Positions 25,012-35,090 of a DNA stretch of 64,000 bases are shown piece by piece (the stretch's first letter is position 1; every line of letters begins with the position of its first letter). The stretch comes from Candidatus Cloacimonadales bacterium (GTDB lineage Bacteria; Cloacimonadota; Cloacimonadia; Cloacimonadales; JAFGVF01), in contig OY829950.1 in NCBI GenBank assembly GCA_963692475.1, forward strand, positions 404,554-468,553, in the 5' to 3' direction. The translations under genes and the position numbers were made by a program. The notes below the pieces were generated by a model. The model was given only the letters and a program-made list of their open reading frames with translations. It had not been told where the DNA came from and did no database searches.

Positions 25012-25763
25012 TAATCCTCCTCTTCTTGCTCTTGAGGAAGCTTCTTAATAGCATCCTTAGCACTGTGAACTTTCTCATTCTTATAATCTTTAATGATTTT
25101 CCCATCTGAGAAAGTAATTATTCTCTCAGTGAATTGAGCAATTTCAGGTTCATGAGTGACGATTATAATCGTGATTCCTTTTTTGTGTAGCTCTTGAAAG
25201 ACATTCATAATCTCTAAACTTGTTTTAGAATCCAGATTTCCTGTCGGCTCATCAGCAAATAGTATCACAGGATTATTAACAATGGCACGAGCAATAGCAA
25301 CTCTTTGCTGTTGTCCTCCTGATAACTGGTTTGGATAGTGATGTAATCTTTTACTCATTTGCACAATGTTTAATGCCTCCTTTGCCATCCCGATTCTCTC
25401 TTTTCTTTTTAGCTCTTTTCTATATAGAAGAGGTAATTCTACATTTTCTAAAGCTGATGTTCTGGAAAGCAAATAGAAAGATTGAAACACAAAACCTATT
25501 TTTTTATTTCTAATTTCTGCTAAATCGTCTTGTGGAATGTCTTCTATCATGACATCATCCAATTTATAGCTTCCTGAAGTAGGTTTATCAAGACAACCAA
25601 GAATGTTCATTAAGGTAGTTTTTCCTGAGCCACTCATTCCCATAATAGAAACAAACTCCCCCTGCTGAACAGAAAGATTTATACTTCTCAAGGCATGTAC
25701 TTCAATATCTCCCATGCTATATGTTTTAGTTAAATCTTTGACTTCTATTAAGTTATTAGACAT
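25011..25763 (-). CDS. ABC transporter ATP-binding protein (MacB/LolD type)
   Basis: Walker [11 protein letters not shown]-loop, signature [14 protein letters not shown], Walker [14 protein letters not shown]-loop VTHE. Overlaps the permease start by 1 nt. Confidence 0.9.
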   Translation of the reverse strand: MSNNLIEVKDLTKTYSMGDIEVHALRSINLSVQQGEFVSIMGMSGSGKTTLMNILGCLDKPTSGSYKLDDVMIEDIPQDDLAEIRNKKIGFVFQSFYLLSRTSALENVELPLLYRKELKRKERIGMAKEALNIVQMSKRLHHYPNQLSGGQQQRVAIARAIVNNPVILFADEPTGNLDSKTSLEIMNVFQELHKKGITIIIVTHEPEIAQFTERIITFSDGKIIKDYKNEKVHSAKDAIKKLPQEQEEED

Positions 25764-25772
25764 GTTTTATCC

Positions 25773-27029
25773 TTAGAATCTTCTTGGTGGCATACCTGTT
25801 GAGAAAGCACTTGAATTATTATTAGTACTTTTAACATAGTTAATACCAATAATGACCTCAACTCCTTCTTCAAGTCCAGAAGCAACTTCGATATAAGTGC
25901 CATCTGATTCTCCAACTTGGATATTTACTTGCTTAGGAAGTCCATTCTCTATTATCCAGATTTGAGCCTTTCTAAATTTAGGTCTTTCTTCTTGTTGACC
26001 TTCACTTTGCTCTCTTGATCTTCTTCTTCCCTGTCCCCTCATACCTTCTGGGGCTTGTGCAAGGGCTGGAGCTTTTTCTATCTTACTAAAATCTAAACCC
26101 ATCGAAGTCCAAATTTCTTCAGTTGGTCTAAACTGCATTGCTCTCTCTTGGATAGCAATTACATTCGGATGTTCAGAAATAATAATTTCCAAGTTTGCAG
26201 TCATCCCTGGTAAGAGAAGGTTTCCAGGATTCTGAATTGAAATAATCACTGGATAAGTGACAACATTTTGTTCTGAGGAAGGATTTAACCTAACTTGACT
26301 AATAGTTCCAGTAAAACTTTTTTGAGTAAAGGCATCAACAGTAAACTTTACTTGCTGTCCTTCTTTAACTTTTCCGATATCAGCTTCATCAATATATGCT
26401 TCAATTTGCATTTCTTCTAATTTATTAGCAATAATATAGAGGGTTGGAGCATTTAAACTAGCAGCAACGGTCTGACCTTCATCTACACTACGAGAAGTAA
26501 CTACCCCATCGATTGGTGAATAGATATAAGCATTGTTCAAGTTCTTTTGAGCTCTTTGAACTGAAAATTCAGCTTTTGCTAAGTTTTCAACTGACAAGTC
26601 GTAAGTATATTGTGCTTGTTTTAGTTCGTATTCAGAAATCATCTCTTGCTCAAAAAGTTGTCGTTTATTCTCTAAATCATCCAAATTATTATTAACAGTC
26701 AGCCTGCTTCTATTAAGGTCGATTTTAGTTTCTTCAAGAGACATTTCTAAAGTTTCTGTATCTAACTTAGCTAACAACTCTCCTTTTTTCACTGGGTCAT
26801 TGAAATCCTTATATAATTTTTCTATTTTACCGGAAACTTCTGTACCAATATTAACTTTTGTGATTGGGTTAACTGTTCCGATAGATGTAATTGTCTGCGT
26901 GATTGTTGTTCTTCCAGCTTTGAAAATTCTCCAATCAGGAGCATTTTTCTTCTCCTTGAATTTCCAATAACCTACTCCTAACAACGAAACAATGATTAAT
27001 ACAATAACTATTGTAGCTACTTTTTTCAT
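25773..27029 (-). CDS. efflux periplasmic adaptor (HlyD/MacA family)
   Basis: N-terminal TM anchor, a lipoyl/coiled-coil hairpin (VSGKIEKLYKDFNDPVKKGELLAKLD ... SPIDGVVTSRSVDEGQTV) and beta-barrel domains. First gene of the adaptor-ATPase-permease set. Confidence 0.85.
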   Translation of the reverse strand: MKKVATIVIVLIIVSLLGVGYWKFKEKKNAPDWRIFKAGRTTITQTITSIGTVNPITKVNIGTEVSGKIEKLYKDFNDPVKKGELLAKLDTETLEMSLEETKIDLNRSRLTVNNNLDDLENKRQLFEQEMISEYELKQAQYTYDLSVENLAKAEFSVQRAQKNLNNAYIYSPIDGVVTSRSVDEGQTVAASLNAPTLYIIANKLEEMQIEAYIDEADIGKVKEGQQVKFTVDAFTQKSFTGTISQVRLNPSSEQNVVTYPVIISIQNPGNLLLPGMTANLEIIISEHPNVIAIQERAMQFRPTEEIWTSMGLDFSKIEKAPALAQAPEGMRGQGRRRSREQSEGQQEERPKFRKAQIWIIENGLPKQVNIQVGESDGTYIEVASGLEEGVEVIIGINYVKSTNNNSSAFSTGMPPRRF

Positions 27030-27295
27030 AAAATCCTCTATTTGTAATATTTTTTTTACTTCTTCTATATAAGACTATTAGAAAGCTGGAATCCTGCAAT
27101 GTTTTTTCTTTTTTTGGGAAGAAATGAGGGTTGATAGCAAGCTCAGTTAAGATGAATAAACACCAATTCTGTTTCATAGCCAACCCTTTCTGATATTGCT
27201 GGTCATGAAAAATCATCTAACACACAAATGCTTGGTAGAAGCAATGATGACCATTTTCTCAATAATTATCAGTTTTTTATCTTTTTCAAGTAATT

Positions 27296-28201
27296 TTAAT
27301 TCTGAATATTAGTGAGCTTTCTCTCCACACTCTTCCACCGTTTATGGAGCCAGAACCATAATTCTGGGTGTTTAGTAATATTTTCAGCCAGAGAGTTATT
27401 AAGCTTGGTCATAACTTCAAAAGCTGTTAGTTCTTCTTGTTGTGGATAAATAATTTTCTCAAATCTGAAGATATGTTTACCTTCTTTAGTTCTAATATGA
27501 TAAGCTGGCATAATGGGTAAATCAGCTTTTAGAGCAATTTTAGCAATTCCCATAAACACAGAAGCATCATGGTTCATAAAACTCATAATTTCCCCTGTTT
27601 TTCGAGCATCTTGGTCATGCAGGAAGAATATCATTCTCTTATCTTTAATGGCTTTTAGAATACCTTTCAAAGCTCCTTTTTGATAGATAACATCTAAGCC
27701 ATGTTCAGCTCTAAATTTCACAAAGTAATCGTCAAAGAAAGGATTTCTTTGTTTTTTGGCAATAGCACTAAGCTTTATATTTCTGCTGAGCAGATAATAT
27801 CCTAATATTTCCCAATTCCCAAAATGTCCAGTAGCAATAAGAACACTCTTTCCAAGATTCATAGCCTCTTCAATATTTTCACATCCCTCGATAGTTGCAT
27901 TATTGACAATATTATCTTTATCCTGCTTGAATATTTCGAATATCATTAACCCGTAATGTTGATACATTCTTTTTGTATAATCTAACACTTCTTGATGGGT
28001 AAGGTTTGGTAAAGCTCTTTTCATTTGCCTTATAACCAAATCTTTTCTAATACCTAATCTATATCCAATATTCACTGCAATAAAATTCATTAGCTTTTTT
28101 ACACTCTTCTCACTTAGAGAGTTTATCATCCATAACATGAAAGATAATCCTATCTTTTCAAAAGTATTCTTGCTTTCCTTATTCTTTCTTTTCAAGCTCA
28201 A
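27296..28201 (-). CDS. LpxL/HtrB-family lysophospholipid (lipid A-type) acyltransferase
   Basis: N-terminal membrane anchor. Catalytic-region block ATGHFGNWEILG (HX4-type acyltransferase motif). C-terminal PELWFWLHKRWK is typical of the Lip_A_acyltrans family. Confidence 0.7.
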   Translation of the reverse strand: MSLKRKNKESKNTFEKIGLSFMLWMINSLSEKSVKKLMNFIAVNIGYRLGIRKDLVIRQMKRALPNLTHQEVLDYTKRMYQHYGLMIFEIFKQDKDNIVNNATIEGCENIEEAMNLGKSVLIATGHFGNWEILGYYLLSRNIKLSAIAKKQRNPFFDDYFVKFRAEHGLDVIYQKGALKGILKAIKDKRMIFFLHDQDARKTGEIMSFMNHDASVFMGIAKIALKADLPIMPAYHIRTKEGKHIFRFEKIIYPQQEELTAFEVMTKLNNSLAENITKHPELWFWLHKRWKSVERKLTNIQN

Positions 28202-29123
28202 AATCCTCTACAATTGAAATAACATTATTTTTGGTGTGTTTACGAGTCTGATTAACTATAAGTTCTCCTAATAAACCAATTGAGAAGAATTGAATACCAA
28301 CTAAAATCAATAAGATAGATAAAAATAGAGCTGGCCTATTATAGAGTGGCATTCCTAAAGCATATTTCATAACAGAAAGATATAAACCGAGAATAGTTCC
28401 GAGAATAGTAAATATTGAACCTATACTACCAAAAAGATAGAGAGGAGAACGGTTAAATTTAGTTATTAACTTTACTGTAAGAAGGTCTAAGAAACCTCTC
28501 AAATAGCGTTCAAAGCCATACTTTGATTTCCCGTATTCCCGAGTCCTATGATGTACAGGTATTTCACCGACTTTAAAACCCTTAGCATCAGCAAGAGCTG
28601 GGACATAACGGTGCATCTCACCATAGATATCTAACTCTTTTACTAAATCCTTACTGTAGGCCTTAAATCCGCAATTATAATCATTTAATTTTAATTTGAA
28701 GGTTCTGGAAGTAACCCAGTTAAAAAGTTTTGATGGTAATCGTTTGTTAAGCGGATCTCTTCTTTTAACTTTCCACCCCGTAACTAAGTCATAACCCTCT
28801 TCCATCTTTTCCAAGAAATTCTTTATTTCAATGGGATTATCCTGAAGGTCAGCATCCATTGTAAATATAACATCGCCCGTAACTCTTTCAAAACCAACTT
28901 GAAGAGCATAAGCTTTCCCGAAATTCTTTCTGAACTTAATGACTTTTACTTTATTATCTTTCAAAGATATGCTCTTCATTACTGAATAAGTTTTATCCGT
29001 GCTTCCATCATCAATGAAGAGAATCTCATAGTCATGAGGCGAACAATTAGCGATAATCTCTTGGTAGAGTTGTGGCAATGATTCTTCTTCATTTAGGGCA
29101 GGGATTACAAAAGATAACTTCAT
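28179..29123 (-). CDS. GT2 family polyprenyl-phosphate glycosyltransferase-like protein (GtrB/ArnC/DPM1-like)
   Basis: N-terminal LSFVIPALNEEESL, DDGSTDKT and the DXD-like TMDADLQD. Two C-terminal TM helices (LYLFGSIGSIFTILGTILGLYL and ALFLSILLILVGIQFFSIGLLGELI). Confidence 0.8.
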   Translation of the reverse strand: MKLSFVIPALNEEESLPQLYQEIIANCSPHDYEILFIDDGSTDKTYSVMKSISLKDNKVKVIKFRKNFGKAYALQVGFERVTGDVIFTMDADLQDNPIEIKNFLEKMEEGYDLVTGWKVKRRDPLNKRLPSKLFNWVTSRTFKLKLNDYNCGFKAYSKDLVKELDIYGEMHRYVPALADAKGFKVGEIPVHHRTREYGKSKYGFERYLRGFLDLLTVKLITKFNRSPLYLFGSIGSIFTILGTILGLYLSVMKYALGMPLYNRPALFLSILLILVGIQFFSIGLLGELIVNQTRKHTKNNVISIVEDFELEKKE

Positions 29124-29131
29124 TTTATCTC

Positions 29132-30319
29132 CTATTTTAAGAAATCAAAGAATACTTTAGTAGAGAGTTTGGCAAACAGAGCTGGTTTTTTCATAATTAA
29201 GATTCTAAAAATATTCAGAACATTCATCTTATCTAAAGAAATATCTCTTATATAATCAAAATATTCATCTAATTTTTCATTTGAGGCCTTTGAAATTTTT
29301 CTTTTAATAATCTCTTCAATTTTCTCTTTGTTGTCGTTTTGGGAATGCCATTTTTGATTATAGGAAAGTAATTTCTTATCATTTATTCCATTTTTATCAA
29401 AAGCTTTTGCTATTGTAGAACCACATAATAATCCAGCAGAAATAGCTGTATCTATACCACCACCACTGATAGCATTTGTTTGATAAGCTGCGTCTCCCAC
29501 TAACATTACTCTATCCTGGACAAGAATATGATTAGTTTTGGTAATAGGAACTCCCCCACAGGTGAATCTAAGAGAAGAAGCAGCGGGGAAATACTTTTGA
29601 ATATACTCATCCAGATAAGCTTTGGCACTTTTCTCAGCACGTAAAGGATTGACACCTAATCCCACATTAGCAGTATGATCTCCTTTTGAGAATATCCAGA
29701 TGTAACCACCTGGAGCATAATTATTATCAAAGATAAAAGAACACTCTAAATCTTTAATATTCTCATCATATAAGAGATATTGGGCACAGGAGTCAATATC
29801 ATCTAAGCTTAATTGAGTCGATAAGCCGAACCATCTTCCCACCTTAGAATCTACACCGTCAGCACCTACAAGAAGTCTTGCTTTAAGAGGAGAGCTTATA
29901 TCTTTAAGTTTAAGAGTAAATAACTGTTTTATAGAATCAAAATTAGCTGCAACAACATCATGTCTAAGTAATATTTCAGACCCAGCATCAATGGCTTTCT
30001 TTGCTAAGAATTTATCAAATAACTCGCGATTGAGAATTACACCTTCTGTAGAAGGTTTAACATTGATAGGCTGTTTGTTAGGAGGAATAATTACTATATT
30101 TTTGATCCGCGAAGCAATGACACTTTCAGGAATATCACCGAAATGCTCTAAAGCTTTATTCATTATTCCTTCAGCACACCGAACAGGCACTCCGATTTCT
30201 CTATCTCTCTCTAAAACTACTGTTTTTAAACCTGCTTCAGCACATTTTAAAGCAGTAGTCAAACCTGCAGGACCTCCACCAATTATTGCAATATCATAGA
30301 TTTGTTCATTCTGAAACAT
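29132..30319 (-). CDS. geranylgeranyl reductase family FAD-dependent oxidoreductase
   Basis: YDIAIIGGGPAGLTTALKCAEAGLKTVVLERD (GxGxxG), VRCAEG, LLVGADGVDSKVGRW, MLVGDAAYQTNAISGGGI. These are the blocks typical of the GGR/ChlP family. Confidence 0.75.
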   Translation of the reverse strand: MFQNEQIYDIAIIGGGPAGLTTALKCAEAGLKTVVLERDREIGVPVRCAEGIMNKALEHFGDIPESVIASRIKNIVIIPPNKQPINVKPSTEGVILNRELFDKFLAKKAIDAGSEILLRHDVVAANFDSIKQLFTLKLKDISSPLKARLLVGADGVDSKVGRWFGLSTQLSLDDIDSCAQYLLYDENIKDLECSFIFDNNYAPGGYIWIFSKGDHTANVGLGVNPLRAEKSAKAYLDEYIQKYFPAASSLRFTCGGVPITKTNHILVQDRVMLVGDAAYQTNAISGGGIDTAISAGLLCGSTIAKAFDKNGINDKKLLSYNQKWHSQNDNKEKIEEIIKRKISKASNEKLDEYFDYIRDISLDKMNVLNIFRILIMKKPALFAKLSTKVFFDFLK

Positions 30320-30485
30320 TTGCTATAGCTCCCATCGGACAGCTCTTAAGACATATTTGACAAGCAACACACTTATCTTGCTTAATCACGACTAAATACT
30401 CGCTTATTTCAATTGCCAATTGAGGACATATCGCCACGCAACAGCCACATCTATCGCAAACTTTCGCATCAATTTCTATTCTCAT
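30306..30485 (-). CDS. 2x[4Fe-4S] ferredoxin (59 aa; below ORF-track size cut-off)
   Basis: Own translation: MRIEIDAKVCDRCGCCVAICPQLAIEISEYLVVIKQDKCVACQICLKSCPMGAIANVSE*. It has two CxxCxxCxxxCP motifs. It overlaps the recJ stop by 17 nt and the reductase start by 14 nt. Confidence 0.8.
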   Translation of the reverse strand: MRIEIDAKVCDRCGCCVAICPQLAIEISEYLVVIKQDKCVACQICLKSCPMGAIANVSE

Positions 30486-32037
30486 TACTCTCTCTATAAT
30501 CTATTACTTTAGCCTGTCCATTATTAGTTATCTGCACAACTAATTCATAAATAACATCATCTGACAATTTATTCTTAACTCCATTATCAAAAGATAATCT
30601 ATGATGATCACCATTGACATCATAGTTTTTAACTAAAACCATAGGTTCGGGGTTGTCTTGTCCAAAAGGTAACATAAAATCTAACTGATCAATAGCATCA
30701 TTATCCAAATCATTAATCGAAATAACTGCATCTATTTCGATTGTTTTATTTTCATCTATCTGCTGTTTCTGTTCTTGGAAATATGCCCTATATAAGCTTA
30801 TGAATTTATCCATATTCTCTTTATGCATGGTAAATCCACCTGCTCTAACATGACCACCAAACTGAATCAAGGCTTCTTCACAATATTTGAAAGCATCTAA
30901 AATACTGAATCCATCACTACATCTACCTTCACATATAATAATATCGTCTCTCTCTTTCAACATTATTACTGGCTCATAAAGAGTGTTAACCAAAAAAGTT
31001 GCACAAGTGCCTAACAATGGACTTGGGATACGATTTTCTTGATCAAAATACACTACACCATTACCTTCATAATCAGCTAAAATTTCAGATATAATAATGT
31101 TTAGTCCAAATAGATTTTGTTCATTAGCTTTTTTTTCAGATTGAATTAAAGCAAATTCTTCATATTTTTCCCGGTCATTAGCAATCATAAATTTCAAACC
31201 ATGATGTTTGCCTTCAGTATCCCTACCATTAGCTATCATTCGATAACTATAGATTAAGAAATTCATTCTATCAAAATTATTTAGAATAGGATTACATATT
31301 GATTTTAGCATATCTATAGTATTCCCAGTTATCTCATCCCAAAAATCTAAGACATAACGAGCAATAATCCAGTTGACTCCAGACATTGGTACTCGATCTG
31401 CTAAAGAACCTACTGTCGTCCAAAAATAGTATGAAGGTTTGATTTCTTTGCCTAAATTCTTAGCTAAACCCGTCACTAACATTAATGATACACCTACTCC
31501 AGCAATCATATCATAGGGGTAGCTACAATCTTTTCGCTTGGGATTAATTACAGCTTCTGCTAAAGGTATATTTTCTTGATCAAAGATGTGATGATCTGTA
31601 ACAATGACATCAATTCCTAATGCTTTAATATCTTCAATTTTTTCCTTGGAAGAGATTCCGTTATCAACTGTGATAACTAAATTTGCTTGCTTAATCTGTA
31701 AATATTCTACAAAAGAGTCTTGAATACCGTGATGATCTACCAACCTATTAGGAATATAGTAGTAGTGATTCTGATAACCACAGCTTTCCAAAAAATCATA
31801 GAGAAGATAAGTTGAAGTTACACCATCAGGATCGTCATGACCAAATATCACAATACGCTCATTTTTATAAAGAGCATGCAATATTCTTTCTATTGCAATC
31901 TCTAAGTCTTTCAGTAAGAATTCATCAGGTAAATCTTCAAGTTTTTTTTGATAATCTAATCTTGTCTTATTTCTATTTATTAAGATCTGATCTATAAAAT
32001 TCTCTTTACTCTCTTTATATAACCACTTTAACTTCAT
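30469..32037 (-). CDS. recJ: single-stranded-DNA-specific exonuclease RecJ (DHH/DHHA1)
   Basis: DHH motifs IVIFGHDDPDGVTS, VITVDNG and VIVTDHH. DHHA1 motif FGGHVRAGG. Confidence 0.8.
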   Translation of the reverse strand: MKLKWLYKESKENFIDQILINRNKTRLDYQKKLEDLPDEFLLKDLEIAIERILHALYKNERIVIFGHDDPDGVTSTYLLYDFLESCGYQNHYYYIPNRLVDHHGIQDSFVEYLQIKQANLVITVDNGISSKEKIEDIKALGIDVIVTDHHIFDQENIPLAEAVINPKRKDCSYPYDMIAGVGVSLMLVTGLAKNLGKEIKPSYYFWTTVGSLADRVPMSGVNWIIARYVLDFWDEITGNTIDMLKSICNPILNNFDRMNFLIYSYRMIANGRDTEGKHHGLKFMIANDREKYEEFALIQSEKKANEQNLFGLNIIISEILADYEGNGVVYFDQENRIPSPLLGTCATFLVNTLYEPVIMLKERDDIIICEGRCSDGFSILDAFKYCEEALIQFGGHVRAGGFTMHKENMDKFISLYRAYFQEQKQQIDENKTIEIDAVISINDLDNDAIDQLDFMLPFGQDNPEPMVLVKNYDVNGDHHRLSFDNGVKNKLSDDVIYELVVQITNNGQAKVIDYRESNENRN

Positions 32038-32050
32038 TGAATTATCCTTG

Positions 32051-33283
32051 TTAGTTTAAATCTTCTTTCTCAGGTATATCTCTTGGTTCTGTTCTAGTGT
32101 GTACTTTTCTAAAAATATCAAAACCGGAAACACCAATCATGAACATACTTGATCTATCTTCAATACCATGAGTATCGATATCACCTCTAACTAAATATTC
32201 AAAGGCAAAATCTAATTTATCAATTCTTGATTTGAGAGGAAGAGAAAAACCAATAGTTGCACTCTTCTCATATATCTTTTCATTATTATAATCAAAAGGT
32301 AATTCTCTGATAGAAAAACCTGTACGAACTGGAATTGTTTTATACAAAGCATTTCTGCCTAACTTTGGTTCATAAGCAAAACCAATCCCTACTTTCCAAG
32401 CATTATGATAATCGTTGCCCATAAAGCTATCCCAAATCTCATAATTTATATCACTGGCTACTTTGAAGTTTCCTGCCCATTTTTTGGCTACCCCAAATCC
32501 AATTTTATGAGGTAGATTAAACTCAATATCCCCCATCTCTTCGTCAGAGTGGATAGTGAAAAACTCTTTTTCAGCCTTAATTTCTCTACCGTATTCATAA
32601 TTAGCACCTAATGACCAAGTGTTACCTTGCTGTAAAATTCCAGCACTAAAACCAATATTTGTAAAAGATATTTTTGTTTTATTCTTTGTATTAAAAACTC
32701 CATTACCAGTATCTTGAATTAGCTCTCGTTCTCTGTGCCCAATGTAGGTATTTGGTCCCATAGCAATACTTAAACCACCTGGGAATCTATAACCATAATA
32801 AGCATCTAATTTATATATATATGAGCTGAATAAATTCTGTTCTGTAAGCGTATATTCTTCTCCATTAAGAGTATAGGGAACTTCTATATTGTTATCAAAA
32901 TTTCCTGATTTCCAAGAATTGAATTGAAAAGCAAATTTATGGTTATTATATGGTGCAACAATACTAAAGAAAGGAAAATCCAAAGCATCATCAGTATAGC
33001 TTGAACCATTTTCACTTTTAAATTTTATATAGCCCATTTTAAGTCCTGTATAAAAATTTACTGTATTAGCAGTATTAATCAAAGCAGGATTTCCAAAACC
33101 ATGAGATAAGCGTAAACCATCTCCTAAACCAACATCCCCCATCCCTTGACTATAGATATCATTACCAAAATACTGGTAAGGTAATCCACTTACAGAAAAT
33201 ATTGAATTTCCTGCAGTTAAAATACTAATCTGCATACATAGAATTATTATTACTGTGGTTAAGAACCAGCTTTTTTTACTCAT
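32051..33283 (-). CDS. putative outer-membrane beta-barrel protein, unknown function
   Basis: Signal peptide MSKKSWFLTTVIIILCMQISILTA. G/Y/F/N-rich composition with an alternating amphipathic strand pattern. No catalytic motif recognised. Confidence 0.5.
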   Translation of the reverse strand: MSKKSWFLTTVIIILCMQISILTAGNSIFSVSGLPYQYFGNDIYSQGMGDVGLGDGLRLSHGFGNPALINTANTVNFYTGLKMGYIKFKSENGSSYTDDALDFPFFSIVAPYNNHKFAFQFNSWKSGNFDNNIEVPYTLNGEEYTLTEQNLFSSYIYKLDAYYGYRFPGGLSIAMGPNTYIGHRERELIQDTGNGVFNTKNKTKISFTNIGFSAGILQQGNTWSLGANYEYGREIKAEKEFFTIHSDEEMGDIEFNLPHKIGFGVAKKWAGNFKVASDINYEIWDSFMGNDYHNAWKVGIGFAYEPKLGRNALYKTIPVRTGFSIRELPFDYNNEKIYEKSATIGFSLPLKSRIDKLDFAFEYLVRGDIDTHGIEDRSSMFMIGVSGFDIFRKVHTRTEPRDIPEKEDLN

Positions 33284-33416
33284 TTATCGCTCCATTTATA
33301 TTTGTCTTTCAAATAAATAATACTACTTCACATTTGTCAATAATCTTTTTAAAAATTACTAATCCTTGGACACTTATCTTCCACTATACTTTAACAAGAG
33401 CCTTATAAAATCACTA

Positions 33417-35090
33417 TTAAAAACTTGTTTCAAGCCCGAAATGGATTAATCCATCATAGAGAGAATTCCACCCCTCATTGTAGCCAACTCCATATTCAAA
33501 GGTTAGATTCCCTAATTTTGTTGCAATTCTTAACCCTAAACCTGCAGAATAAAGATGACCTTGCTTAGTAACTACTTGTGAGTTCATAGTCTCTAAGTAG
33601 CCAGCATCATTGAAAAGAAAAAGATTATTTTCTTGTCCAAACAAATAACGCAACTCTAAATTACTCCATGATGTGAAATAGCCTGAAAACTGTTCTTCTT
33701 GAAAGCCTCTAAGAGAAGAGAATCCTCCAAGTTTAAAACTATTATACGATGATAGATTTTTTTTAGTTGAATAGCTTGTGTTCAATTTGTTATACAAGAC
33801 ATATTTATCCTTAAATATAATTGCATAAGCAAACATAGCCCGGGAAATATTATAGTTAGAATCATCCAAAGAGCTCATGTTATAATCTATGGAAAATCTT
33901 GTTTGATAACCTTTTTTAGGATTCATTAAATGGTCAAAATAGTTCTGTTGCCAAAAGATTCCAAGAGCAGTAATCTTCTCAGGGGCTTCTTCACTTGAGG
34001 AAGCAATAACATCATAATAGCTATATTTAGTATAGATTCCAATATCTTGATTAGTAAAATCATAATTCAGAGCTAAGTTTAACTCAGATAGTGTAGCTAT
34101 GGTATCATACTCAGTTCTTTTCACTTCAATATCTGAAGAGAAATAATAGTCCTTCAAGCCTGTTTCATGATAAGCAAGCGCCAAATCTGTTCTATCTTTC
34201 TGAAGTTTATTCCACTTAAACTTTAAAATCCTATCGCTACCAAAAAGATTGTTAAAGGAAAAATAAAGAAAGCCACTAAAAGGATAATCTTCATTTTTGC
34301 TATTATATCCCAAAATACCAGATATATTTGTCATTTTTCCCTCTTTTACATCAATTAACAGGGTTTCATAATCGACAGGATTAATTGAACATTTGGTAAT
34401 ATAACTCTTGGCAAGCAGTCTGTTTGTAGCTTGAGTAAGAGTATTTGGAGTGAGAACTGTTTTACGGTTAAGTCTGGAAATTTTTATTAAGGAATAGTCT
34501 CTGCTTACTTTATTCCCTCTAAATTTAAAATATTTATGTTCAAAAGGTTTATTCTCCTTTATAAGAAAATTTATTTCTGCACCTGATTCAGTTTGCTTAA
34601 TTGACTCTATCTTAACTTCAGTAAAAAAGTATCCTCTTGAAGAGTATTGGTTTATAATCAACTGTTTGATTAAATTTATATCATTAGTTGTATAATCCTT
34701 TTGGGTAAGCAAATCATAAAATATTATATCTTTTATTGCATAATTTCCTGAGAAATTGATACTTGCTATTATGTTCAAGGCTGATTCTTCAATTTTGAAA
34801 ATTATTTTTACTTGATCCACACTAAGAGGAATAACTTCTAAAGGATATAATTTTATAAATTTATAACCTTTTTGCTGATATAAGTTGTAGATATTAGCAA
34901 GTGATTGCTCTACTATCTGATAATCAAATTCATATCCATTCTGATAACTTAACACAGAATATAAGTCTTGATTAGATAATGATTTATTGCCAATAAATTC
35001 TGTTTTTGTAATAGTTACTGAGAATAGTCCAAGGGTAAACAGTAATAGCGAGACTAGTAAAAAAGCTTTATTCATTAGGGAAATCAGCAA
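33417..35090 (-). CDS. Omp85/BamA-family outer-membrane protein
   Basis: Signal peptide and POTRA-like N-terminal repeats. C-terminal barrel block FKLGGFSSLRGFQEEQFSGY. Terminal ...HFGLETSF ends in an aromatic residue. The likely start is MNKAFLL at 35075. Confidence 0.75.
   Translation of the reverse strand: MLISLMNKAFLLVSLLLFTLGLFSVTITKTEFIGNKSLSNQDLYSVLSYQNGYEFDYQIVEQSLANIYNLYQQKGYKFIKLYPLEVIPLSVDQVKIIFKIEESALNIIASINFSGNYAIKDIIFYDLLTQKDYTTNDINLIKQLIINQYSSRGYFFTEVKIESIKQTESGAEINFLIKENKPFEHKYFKFRGNKVSRDYSLIKISRLNRKTVLTPNTLTQATNRLLAKSYITKCSINPVDYETLLIDVKEGKMTNISGILGYNSKNEDYPFSGFLYFSFNNLFGSDRILKFKWNKLQKDRTDLALAYHETGLKDYYFSSDIEVKRTEYDTIATLSELNLALNYDFTNQDIGIYTKYSYYDVIASSSEEAPEKITALGIFWQQNYFDHLMNPKKGYQTRFSIDYNMSSLDDSNYNISRAMFAYAIIFKDKYVLYNKLNTSYSTKKNLSSYNSFKLGGFSSLRGFQEEQFSGYFTSWSNLELRYLFGQENNLFLFNDAGYLETMNSQVVTKQGHLYSAGLGLRIATKLGNLTFEYGVGYNEGWNSLYDGLIHFGLETSF

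Noticed and set aside
26935-27216. 93-aa minus-strand ORF overlapping the 5' end of the efflux adaptor gene.
   Set aside because: It overlaps the adaptor signal-anchor coding region in another frame. It has no motif and no RBS, so it is probably spurious.
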